Origin: Hypanus sabinus
Taxonomy: Eukaryota
Assembly: GCF_030144855.1 (NCBI RefSeq)
Contig: NC_082709.1
Location: 153,760,001 to 153,824,000, forward strand
Length of the DNA stretch: 64,000 bases
Direction of reading: 5' to 3'
The notes below the pieces were generated by a model. The model worked only from the letters and a program-made list of their open reading frames with translations, had not been told where the DNA came from and made no database searches. Made by a program: the position numbers and the translations under genes. Every line of letters begins with the position of its first letter. Position 1 is the first letter of the stretch. Shown here one piece after another: positions 1 to 11,104 of the stretch.

Positions 1-1576
1 GTGTTTTACTTTACACTACTTCAGGTCTTTAGGAACAGAAGAGTTTGGTCACAGGTCATCAGTCTATATTGCAGCTGGGGTCCAGCTTCTGCCCATCAAG
101 CACACAGTGCAGATTACACCCTGACTCAGGTACACTGAGTTCATGCCCAAGGTCACATCCGTGCCTGGATAGTGAATCCATAGTGTCACTTACACATACA
201 ATGTTTCCTTTTGATTTCTGCATTATCTTGTGCAATAATTGCTGTCATATCTTTATTAATCGTAATGCAGGTACAGTCAGGGCAGTCTGTCAGATGCAAA
301 GTGGCTTCAGGTGTCCATTGACAGAATAATGTTGCACAATTTGAATTTGGTTCCAAGTCTACGAGAGTGGAAGAGCAGGCTGTCTGGCCTGCAAGTCTGT
401 CCAGCCATTCGACATGATCATGCCTCAAGTACTCCTCTGTGCCAGTTCCCCAAAGCCCTCATTTTATGAAATGATGTGAAACATAGTTCTTTTTGGAATT
501 CTTGCGCTAATCGAATTTTGCACAGAGTGCCCGCAATTCCAACTCTTTCCGAAGACGAGCAGTGATACACTTGGCACCTGATCAGCTTAATGTGGCTTCT
601 TTTCTGCTTAATTTGGAAAGTTATTTATGCAGTTATGCATGGGTGTTTTTTAGGAAACACCAAAACCTGTATGTGGGAGAATCATCTTGATTTCATTTGT
701 GACTCATTTATGGACACCCATGATAACCCAATCAAGCACAATCAGTGAAGAATATTTCCATATGAAGCCTCCCACTAATGCATCCCACCCACAACCCACC
801 CTATGGATTTCCCAATGTGACAGCTTGTTATCTTTTAGTAATTATGTCACTTGTTAGAACTTTCAAAAACACAGAATATGTACTTTGATGATACCAAATA
901 TGGATATATCTCCATAAGCTGAATAGTTATGTTAATCAGCCTGTGTTATTAAAACAATGCTGTTTTATGATTTTCGAAAACACCATCTTTCAAAATAAAT
1001 ATATTCAAAAAAAATTTAGCATCCCTTTTCTTTAAAATTATGTGCTTGTTGCAATATTACCAAGCTATTTAATAATCTGTTGTGGGAATTTAGAACACAC
1101 ACAATTTCCAGTTTCTTTAGGATTCAATTGTTAAAATTATTACAATATTTTTGAAACATCTTTCTGACTTGTTTGACTATAATTTCTGAAAGATTGTTTC
1201 AATTGTTTCTTAGTTTTAATTTTGCTTGATCTACATTTCATTTAATTCTATAATCCCAGGAATTACCTTAATTTCACAGTTCTGAAGCAGTTTATTCATC
1301 AAAACGATGACTCCTTAAAAAATCAGCTTTAATGTTTTTTCATTAAAGATTGATGCTTCTCGTACTATTGGTTGTACTTTAAGTTATCTATCTTAATTCT
1401 GTTTAGACTTGTCAGGCGCCAGTGCAAGGAGCCACACTTGAAGTATGTTTTCTACTTTTCTAACCACATTTCAAGCTCCTGTACAAATTACTTCTTGCTA
1501 GTGTTATTCTGAATATTTATTCTTCTATTCTTCTTTATGCTAATTATATTTTAAATTCTGCAACATAATTACTAAT

Positions 1577-1830
1577 GGTACAGCAGAATTAATGCCCCAC
1601 AATACCAGAGACCAGTGTCCAGTTCTGACCTTGGGCACCGTCTGTGTGAATTTTGCACATTCTTATTATGTCTTTGAGATTTCTCAAAGTGCTCCAGTTT
1701 CCTCCTACTTTGTTAAGCCATACAGACGGCCCCTGTAAATTGCCGTAAGCGAATAGGTGAGTGGTAGAGTGTTTGGGTTTGGGAGGGTGCGGGTGTGGGT
1801 AAGCAGGAAACTACTTGTTTGACAGGGATG
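1577..1830 (+). mobile_element. Decayed V-SINE (HE1/MER6-like tRNA-derived SINE)
   Basis: V-domain-like gtctgtgtgaattttgcacattct...gtgctccagtttcctcctac. Confidence 0.6.
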
Positions 1831-2794
1831 AAAGAATAAAATTGAGATAAATGTAGGAAATGTGTAATTGATTTTCAGTGGGCTGTAGAACCTGCTTACA
1901 TGCTGTGTCTCGCTAAAACTCTGTGGGTTCCTATGCCGCTTAGACGATTTATATTTGCTACTTTTCTTGCATTTCTTTGATGAAATACGCTGAGTTCCAT
2001 GTCCAGGAATCATGTGTGTCTCACAAATTACCAGGTGTTACTTTGACACAAGAAGGTGGCTATCACAATACTCACTTTTCATGTAATTTCCATCAAATAT
2101 AATTTCTGTGTATGTGGTTGCAATAGAGTGTGACGTCCATATTCCTCCATATTTATGAGTTTAGTCATTTATGACTTTGATGGAAATGTCTTAAGCTATG
2201 TTAAAATTCACTTAGTTTTTGAGGTTTGGGAAAACTACAAAATGATCTGTTTTCACAATGTGAAAGCATAGGACTGATTAGAAAAATATAAAATTTCTAG
2301 AACTGTTTCCTTTATATTTCTAATGGCCTCTTCAATATTTAAAATAAAATTACTATTGTTTTTCTTTAAAATAAATTGAACATACTGTATGTGATTATCA
2401 TTGATGCTATTAAGATTATCTAATTACAGAACTATCAGTTTGGTTGGTAAATTTCAATACTGGGTCACATTTCATGGAACTGACCCCTGCTTGTGGCCAC
2501 CCACTGAAGCTGCATCGACCAGTGTGACTTTTGGGCTCTTTCCAACCTTGCCACTGCGTTTGCTCTGAAATGTTAAATGAGCTGCGAGTGGTGACAGGCT
2601 ACACCAGTGCAAACTGAAACCCTTACTGCAGTCAAAAGCCATTTCATTGTTCCCAAACATCTCCGATGATTGGACATCCAGGGATCATTGTAAAGGACTT
2701 AAATCATTTTAAAAACAAATAGAGCAGTAAACTAATTTTCCCTCCAATTGATGAATCCTACAAAAAAGCTCATTTTGTGCTGAAGATGAGGCTG

Positions 2795-3035
2795 TAAATG
2801 CAGGATTAGGCCATTTGGCCCATTGATTTGATCTGCCATTCCATCAATGCTAAATTATTATCCCTCTCAACCCTCTTCTCCTACCTTCTCCCCATAACCT
2901 TTGATACCCTTACTAATCAAGAACCTATCAAGCTCCACTCTTAATATACCCAATCACTCGGCCTCCACAGCTGCCTGTGGCAATGAATTCCACAAATTCA
3001 CCACCCTCTGGCTAAAGAAATTCCTCCTCTTCGCT
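2795..3035 (-). mobile_element. CR1 LINE 3' end fragment
   Basis: Reverse complement of the CR1 ORF2 C-terminus/tail (ccctctggctaaagaaattcctcct), shared with other copies in the window. Confidence 0.7.
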
Positions 3036-4714
3036 GCTGTAAAAGGACATGCTTGTATTGACAGTTCTTACGTCACCAGTTATACATTGACTTATCTACT
3101 TGATATACATTAAATAAAATAAAACCACATAAATTAAAGTAAAATAGACATATTTCATTTTCAGAGAAGATCAGCAGCCCCATTCAAATGATTGGGCCAC
3201 TGTTGATGTACCAGATGTGGTTGGTGTAAGGCTAGGAAGACAAATGAAGAATAGGTGATTGGGTGCTGAGCCTCGGGTAGAGGGAGCGATCAAATGTAGC
3301 CACCTCAGATCTCCAGTTGATTCTCTCATTCTACACTGCAGTGCACTGGCATTGCAGTTCAGAATATGCTGAAAATCAGCTTTGCAGATAATCAACAGTA
3401 TGGAGTTGTTGACTAAGCAGCTGCTCATCTGATCCATTCCAAGTGTCAACAGCAGAGCCATGCAGACTAATTTGGAATTGAAAAAGCATCTGGTACTTTC
3501 CCAGCATATATGATGAATAAACTCTTCTCGGCCATCCAGCTTTACTTGCAACTTGGAATTGTTTATATAAGAAAGCAAAGTTTGTAATAGGCAATGAAAT
3601 AATGGCAAATATGACTTTAAAATATCATGAGATGCAGCAATATGATACAAGCTTTAGAAATGTTATATAACCAATCAACTTTTCCATTCTTTTCGCAAGA
3701 ATATCGATGAGTATGATTTACCGAAGTAACAAAAATTTTTTAACCTTTTAACATTAGCTACCTTTGAGAATTGATTTCACATTACTTCATAAAATTAAGT
3801 TGATTTTTAATTAATTCTTAACTGTTTACGATCAGTAAAGCTTTTCATTTCAATCCATTTCTTCTACAGTTATTTTTGTATTACTTTCTCGAACCTATGC
3901 AGTAGGGCTTGTCAGACGTGGTATAAAGGAAATGTAAGTTTGAGATTCTGACAAAGATCTTCGGAGTTCTTGTTCTAATTAAAGTTATTATCGTTACACG
4001 TTGGTATATCAGTATAATTGAATCAAATTTTATCAAGCACAGGAACTCCCATGAAAGGGATACATTGTTTGTTTGTTGGCAATAGTACATATCTATGTGC
4101 ACTAAATATATAGCAGTCAGACTTCTTCTGTAACAAAAATACCTGTTTATCTTTGATATAAAGGGTTCATTTACGATGGAAAATTGTGCAGTGAAATGCA
4201 CATTTTAATATCTGTACTTGGTATCCAAATTCAGCAAGATCACAAAAGCTTATAAATATAAAGTTTTTTTAAAAAAAAGTTTCTTCTGGTTAATAAAATG
4301 ATCTTGATAGGTAATATCTTTTATTTATTCCACATTTTGATTTATGTTATTAACAGAAGACATTTTATTTTGATAACCTTAAGTATGAACAAATATCAAA
4401 CAATGAAATTTACACATTTATAGCAAAATTAAAGTTACAAATACCACACGTAATGTAAGTAAACAATTTTAGTATAATAGCTTTCACTATTTTAATCTAT
4501 AAACATAATTACAGTGAGATATTTTAACATTTTATTCCCTTAATGAACATGAAACTTCAATAAACTGCACCTCATTACATGGCACTTTCAGGTTTGGTAA
4601 ATGCCATCCAGACAGAAATTAGATGGATGTTAATTTCCCTGATAGTGCATGGACTATGTAATTCAGCTTAATGAAGCTTTTGAAAGTGCAAAGAAATTTA
4701 GTGAAATGCAGCTG

Positions 4715-5085
4715 TAAATTTCTTGGATGAAAATGTAGGTGGTATGATTAGTAGATTTGAAGACAACACAAAAATTGGTGGAGTCACAAAATGGATTGTC
4801 TGAAGGTACAGAGAGACATGGATCAGCTGGAAATTTGGACAGGGCAGTGGCAAATGGAAGTTAATCCAGACATGGAAGAGTTAATGTACCTCGGGAGGTC
4901 AAATTCTGTTAGGACATATAGTGGAAATGTCAGGGATCTGAAGAGTGTTGATGCACAGGTGATCTTGGAGCGCATGTCCACATTTCCTCATATGAGGCAG
5001 CGCAGGTTAACAGCACAATAGATTGGGGCATTGTGTATTAGGGTTGAGATGTCATATTGCACTTGTGCAAAATATTGGTTAAGCT
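4715..5085 (+). mobile_element. CR1 RT fragment, degenerate
   Basis: FEDNTKIGG-like FADD motif and downstream QRDMDQL..W..QWQME. Confidence 0.7.
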
Positions 5086-5087
5086 GG

Positions 5088-5830
5088 TTTATTATTGTCA
5101 TATGTACCGAATTACAGTGTAAAATCTTGTCTTGCATACCATTCATTCATTACACAATGCATTGAGGTACTATCGAAAAGTGATTAGAGAACGCAAAATG
5201 AAGTGTTAGTTATAGAGAGAGTGCAGAGCAGGCAGACAGTAATGTGCAATAACATAATGAGATAGACGGTGACGTTAGGAGTCCAATTTAACAAACTAGG
5301 GACTTGGTCAATAGTCTTGTAACAGCACAGTAGATGTCATTAAGTCCAGTGGCATATGCCTTCAGGCTTCTGCATCTTCTGCTCACTTTGAGGGAGGAGA
5401 AGAGAGAATATCTGGGGTTATTGTTGTCTTTGATTATGCTGGCTGCTTTCCCAAGACAGTAGGAAGTTTAGACAGAGGCCAAGGAGAGGGGGCTGGGTTT
5501 CATGATGCACTAAGCTGTGTCCACAACTCTTCGCAGTTTCTTGTGGTCTCAGGCAAGGTGGCTGTCATATGAAGCTGAGAGACATCTGGATAGGATGCTT
5601 TCTATGATGCATTGATAAAAAAGAAAATGCTGAGGATCAAAAAGGACATAACTGATCTTAGCTTCCTGAGGAAATAGATGGTGATTTTCCTTGGCCATGG
5701 CATCTGCGTGTTTGGGCCAGAACAGGCCTGCAGTGATGTTTGCTTTGAACCCTCTCAACCTCAGGGAGTAGAGTAGGGACTAAGGACAGCTTGTGGAGCA
5801 CCAGTGTTCAGGATAACTGTGGTGGATATG
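5088..5830 (-). mobile_element. Rex1/Babar-like LINE 3' fragment
   Basis: Minus frame gives degenerate FYQCIIESILS; 3' UTR resembles other Rex1-like copies here. Confidence 0.55.
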
Positions 5831-5857
5831 TAGCTACCTAAGTTTACTAATTTACTG

Positions 5858-6400
5858 AGGCAGCTCTATAAAACTGTGGCTAGGTCACACTTGGAGTACT
5901 GTGTGCAGTTCTGGTCGCCTCCCTATAGGAAGGATGTGAAAGCATTGAAAAGGTATAGAGGAGATTTATCAGGATGCTGCCTGGTTTAGAGATTATGCAT
6001 TATGATCAGAGATTAAGGGAGCTAGGGCTTTACTCTCTGGAGAGGAGGTGGATGAGAGGAGACATAATAGAGGTGTACAAGATACTAAGAGGAATAGACA
6101 GAGTGGACAGCCAGCGCCTCTTCCCCAGGGCACCACTGCTCAGTACAAGAGGACATGGCTTTAAGGTAAGGGGTGGGAAGTTCAAGGAGGATATTAGAGG
6201 AAGGGTTTTTACTCAGAGAGTGGTTGGTGTGTGCAATGCACTGCCTGAGTCAGTGGTGGTTTAAGAGAAGTTTAAGAGACTACTAGACAGGTATATGGAG
6301 GAATTTAAGGTGGGGTTTATATGGGAGGCAGAGTTTAAGGGTCGGGACAACATTGTGGGCTGAAGGGCCTGTACTGTGCTGTACTGTTCTATGTTTTATG
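5858..6400 (+). mobile_element. CR1 LINE 3' end
   Basis: ORF 5974-6264 MLPGLE...ERRWMRGDIIEVYKILRGIDRVD...FTQRVV; close to the 59735-60710 copy. Confidence 0.85.
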
Positions 6401-6419
6401 TAGTCAGTCAGTCAGCAAG

Positions 6420-7330
6420 TCAAGGACGCAGTTGCAAAGGGAGATGTTGAGTCCCACTTCTAGAAGTTTGGGGGTGAGTTAACTAGGAATTATTATATCG
6501 AAGGCAGAGGTGTGATCAATAAACAAAAATCGAATGTAGGTGTCCACTGTTCAGATGTTCAGGGCCAAGGAGATGGTGTCTAGACCTTTGTCAACAGTAA
6601 GTGAACTAGAGCTGGAGGTAATGTGTGCCATGCCTAGCCTCTCAAAGCTACCAGGCATTAAGGTATGTTCAGGGTGAGTGATGACATTCCAATTCCCCTT
6701 TACTTGAAAATGTTAGAAAGCATTAGGCTCAGCAGGAAGGGATGCTGCTCAACTTCGCTTGTAGCCCATTATTGTAAGCAGAGCCACGCTTGGACTCAGT
6801 TTTGAACTGGCACTGTCCCTTGGCAGACCTGGTAGCTTTGCAGAGTCAGATCTTGATTTCTTGTATAGGGTCATCTGATTTGAACGTGGCAATCCTAGAC
6901 TTCAGTAGGCAGTGGATCTCCCATTTCATCCGAGTTTCCCAGTTCGGAAATACCTGGATTGTCTTCTTTGATACACAGTCCTCAAAACACTTGTTGACAA
7001 AGTCCTTGCTAGTGGCAACTTACTCAACTAGGCTGTATATGGTGTTTTTGAACATGGACCGGTCTGCTGACTCAAAGCAGTCGCATAAAAGCTCATCTGT
7101 GTCTTCAGACCAGTACTGTATGACTTTCAGTAATAGATTCTTCATGTATCAGCTTCTGTTTGTACACTGGGGTAAGGAGCATAGCTTGGTTGTCTGATTT
7201 ACCAAGATGTGGGTGAGGGGTAGATTGGTGGCGTCCAAGGTGATCACGTAGCAATGGTCAAGGGTGTTCAGACTTCTGGTGGAACAGAAGATATGTGGAA
7301 ACATTTTGGTAATCGACTCTTGTAGCTAGC
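6420..7330 (-). mobile_element. Rex1/Babar-like LINE, EN-RT linker and part of RT
   Basis: Minus translation DCFESADRSMFK...FVNKCFEDCVSKKTIQVFPN and TYIRFLFIDHTSAFDIIIP. Confidence 0.7.
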
Positions 7331-7399
7331 CTGGTTGAAATTAGCAGCAAATGGGCACAGCACCTTTTATGCATACTTTGAAAGGGAGAATAAATCTAC

Positions 7400-8790
7400 A
7401 CCTCTGCAAATCCCTGCAGCATCTGCTGACCCTGTGATCTCTGTCTCAATGTCAGAACACCTTTCAAGAGGGTGATGATGCATCTCGTGGGGCTCTGATA
7501 ACCTGTGCCAACTAACTGGCAGGTGTGTTCAAGGACATCTTCAATCCCTTACTGCTATAGTCAAGAGGTCCACACCTGCTTCAAAAAGGTGACAATCATA
7601 TCAGTGCCCAAGAACAGCAGGGTCAGCAGCCGCAACAGCTATCGTTGCGCTCATATCTACTGTGATGAAGTGCTTCGAGAGGTTGGTCATAGCTAGAATC
7701 AACTCATGCCTAAGCAAGGTCCAGGACCCACTACAATTTGTTTGTCACCACAAGAGGTCTACAGCAGATGCAATCTCACAGGCTCTCCACTTGGCCTTAG
7801 ATCACCTGGACAATAGTAATACTTACATCAGGAATGGATGCTGTTTATTGACTAGAGCTTAGCTTCAATACAATCATACCCTCAGTTGTAATCAAAAACT
7901 CCAAAACCTGGGTCTCTGCACCTCCCTCTACAAATGGATCTTTGAGATCCTCACTGGTAAACCAGATTGGAAGCAACATCTCCTCCTCGCAAACAATCCA
8001 CACTGGTGCATCTCAAGGATACGTGTTTAGCCTGCCACTCTAGTCTCTCTACACCATGATTGTGTGGATAGGCACAGTTCAAATGCCATCTATAAACTTG
8101 CTGATGACACAACTATTGCTGGCAGAATTTCAGATGGTGACGAGGAAGTGTACAGGAGTGAGGTAGATCAGATGGTTTGAGTGGTGTCACAGCAACAACC
8201 TTGCACTCAATGTCAATAAGTCCAAGGAATTGATAGTGGACTTCCGGAAGGGGAAGTTGAGGGAGCACACTCCAGTCCTCATTGAGGGATCAGAAGTGAA
8301 AAGGGTAAGCAGTTTCAAGTTCCTTGGTGTCAACATCTCTGAGGATCTATCCTGGGCACAACAGTGGCTATATTCCATTTGGAATTTGATTAGGTACACA
8401 CAAGTATTTATGGATGTACCATGGCAAGCATTCTAACTGATCACATCACCGTTTGATATGGAGGAGCCTCTGTGCAGGATCGGAAAAAGCTACAGAAAGC
8501 TGCAAACTCAGCCAGCACCGTCATGGGCACTATCCTCCCCAGCATCAGGGACACCTTCAGGAAGACCGCATCACCCAGGACGTGTCCTCTTCTCATTGCT
8601 TTCAAAGAGGTACTGGAAGACACACTGAATGTTTCAGGAACAGCTTCTTCCCCTCCACCATCAGATTACGGAATGGACAATGAGCCCACAGACACTTCCT
8701 TAGTACTTTTTCCCTCTCCTTTTGCAACTTAATTTATTTTTTATATGTACTTCTGACTGTAATTTATAGATTTTAATACCATGTGATCAC
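7400..8790 (+). mobile_element. Rex1/Babar-like LINE RT to 3' end, frameshifted
   Basis: MKCFERLV, DPLQF, YKLADDTT, KELIVDFRKG, SFKFLGVNISEDLSW, FRNSFFPSTIRL. Confidence 0.85.
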
Positions 8791-8999
8791 GATACGTGCC
8801 ATTGATATGAAACATGATTCTCCTTCTGAGGGGAAATATTAAAATTATAGAGTATGTGTTTGTATTACTTAAATAAGACAAGGTTTTGAGATTTTCACCA
8901 AGACGCAAAATTAAATGGCTTGTGTAGTTGTTGTGTTTTCGGAAACTTGCTACTGAAACAAGACAGGGAGACTTTCACAATTGTGGAACCCCCTAAATT

Positions 9000-9430
9000 G
9001 TCTCATAACAGTGATGAACAGTATGATGTGAGTCACTGTGGTCGTGTGTGAGGTGTCTGACAATTTCCACACGATGACCAATTATCTGTTTTTGTCATGT
9101 TGATTGAAGAATAAAGAGCCTGACGTTTGCATCATGGGAACTTTTGCCCTCGAGAGGGAGAACAGGACTCCATTTAGATTCACAGCATCATACAGCATAT
9201 ATTATGGCTGAAAACATTTTTCCTCAGATTCCCTTGAAGCCTCTTGTACCTCACCTTATACCTATGCTGTCTGGTCTTAGATTCTTCTGCTATGGTTCTT
9301 ACTCTCTACCCTTATTTAGCTGAAGGATGGCATCTCTGACTCCTCAGCATTCCCTCAGTCTCACTGCTGTTTCAGCCTGAATTTTTGTGCTCAAGTATTC
9401 GGACTGGAATTTGAAGATGCAACCCTCTGA
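9000..9430 (-). mobile_element. Deu-domain SINE (SacSINE1/AmnSINE1-like), interrupted by a CR1 tail fragment (~9180-9310)
   Basis: atctgtttttgtcatgttgattga and gaaggatggcatctctgac...ccctcagt...cagcctgaatttttgtgctcaag resemble the reverse complement of the Deu domain as I recall it. Confidence 0.45.
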
Positions 9431-9554
9431 AAATGCAAACAGTAGGGATATGATGACACCGTTAACGAGAGAATTCTTGCTGCAGAGGTTTCTATTGAAC
9501 ATTGAACTTCAGAACTCTGGATGAGAGAACATGTTATAAAAGCAGAGGGTGAGC

Positions 9555-9890
9555 GAGTTAAAGTTTTTCACTTTGGAGTGACAGGATGAGAGGCAATTTG
9601 ATAGAACTGTGTAAGATTATAAGTGGTATAGATAGAGTGGACAGACAGCACCTTTCTCCCAGGGTGATAAAGCTAATACTAGAAGAAATCTTGTTTAGGT
9701 AAGTGCTTGGGGTGGTGGTGGAGGTTGATACATTAGGAAAAAGGCATATAAATAAAAGAAAACTAGAAGGTTGGGCCATGTAGGAAGAGAAGGGTTAGAT
9801 TGATCGTGGAATGGATTAAGGGGTTTAATACTTGAGCACAAACGTTGTGAGCTAAAGAGGTCATGCGGTACTGTACTGTTCTATATTCTA
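9555..9890 (+). mobile_element. CR1 3' end fragment
   Basis: ggatgagaggcaatttgatagaactgtgtaagatt...; tail ctgtactgttctatattctatg. Confidence 0.7.
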
Positions 9891-10029
9891 TGAACTTTTG
9901 GAGAAATGAAGACTGAAGATCAGGTTGCTTGACATCTTATGTGCCTTATGTTAGAGAAAAGATCAACAGGGTGACCATCACTAAACTGGTTAGGAAAGTA
10001 AGGAACACTGATTGTGCTAGCTCATAGGA

Positions 10030-10600
10030 GGCATGAGCCAAGGTACAGCATATGGTTTCCTTGACCTCTTGGATCTGAGGATTTCTCTTCAAGTGGTGCC
10101 AGGAATCTGCAACTTTCTAGACAAAGACTACCGTGCTGGACCTGGTCCTCCTTGTAACCAGGGGTGTGAAAATGAGTGGATCATTCTACCATGTTCAAAC
10201 AGGAATGTCCAGGGTCTCCAGTTAATTGCACCAATTTGCAGAATGCAAGCCATTGGTCACCAGGAGCCAAGCAATTACCTGCGATGACTTGAACGGAACG
10301 GGGCCCTTGGGACTGCATCTCCAGCTGGCTTCTCATATTTGCAGTGTGTCATCAGCTGCACACACAGGGCTATCTGTACATCCCCAGATCAATCAGTGGC
10401 ATTCATAAACAGTAAGGGATTCCATTCGATAAACATTCAACTTGCAACCACAAGTAAAGACTCACATTAGTGCAAAGCAGTTTCACTGAAACCGGTCACG
10501 ATGCTTTCACTCTGTAGCAGTTCAGTCTCCCTGGCCTCTTTCAACATGCAAGAGGTGACTGCTGGGAGACAAAGGCTACCCACTTCAAACAGCATTTCTT
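10030..10600 (+). pseudogene. PIF/Harbinger (HARBI1-like) DDE transposase relic
   Basis: From 10324 AGFSYLQCVISCTHRAI...AFINSKGFHSINIQL; after a frameshift GHDAFTL*Q; LGDKGYPLQT at 10562-10591. These match Harbinger IDCTH, FxNRKGFHSxNVQ, HDAFIL and GDxGYPL motifs. Confidence 0.8.
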
Positions 10601-11104
10601 GACGCTGAGATACCACAAACTGACATTCCGAAACTTCTTTGCACCCCCACTCCAAATGTACGTTGGAGTTACTACCAGGCCTATTGTTCCAGAAAAGAGG
10701 GCAGAGAAAGCATCGGTTACGTGTTTCTGTGTAGCCCGTTTCAAAACCTGCCCCTGTAGCTCAGAGTAGAATAGCAAACAAACATGCTCTGCCTTTTCAT
10801 ATCTGAGAAACATTCTAAAATATTCCACGTGCAAAGAACTGCACAGCTGCTCTGCAGGCAAACAGAACACATGTCTTTCTTGCAGTAGTTTGCCAGGATG
10901 TTGGTAAAGCTTGAATTAGTTTCAACTACTGTATCGGCTCAGTTAGGAACTCCTACATGTAAGTCTGAGAGGCACCTTTTGAACTTCAGGGAGATGTCCA
11001 GCTCTAGAACAACTGCATCGTAACGGGAGGGATCACTTAGTGTTTTCTTTGCCTGTTAGATAGTTATTCAGGAGGTTGAGGAGCACCTCAGGGAAACTAG
11101 GCAG

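Noticed and set aside
3171-3650. 159-aa minus-strand ORF
   Set aside because: No recognisable domain or splice context; likely antisense of UTR-like DNA
6420-8790. Head-to-head Rex1-like pieces as a twin-priming inversion
   Set aside because: Both pieces cover overlapping RT regions and no TSD was seen, so they are separate insertions
10541-11030. Minus-strand ORF as Harbinger Myb/SANT partner
   Set aside because: No conserved Trp spacing of a SANT domain could be recognised
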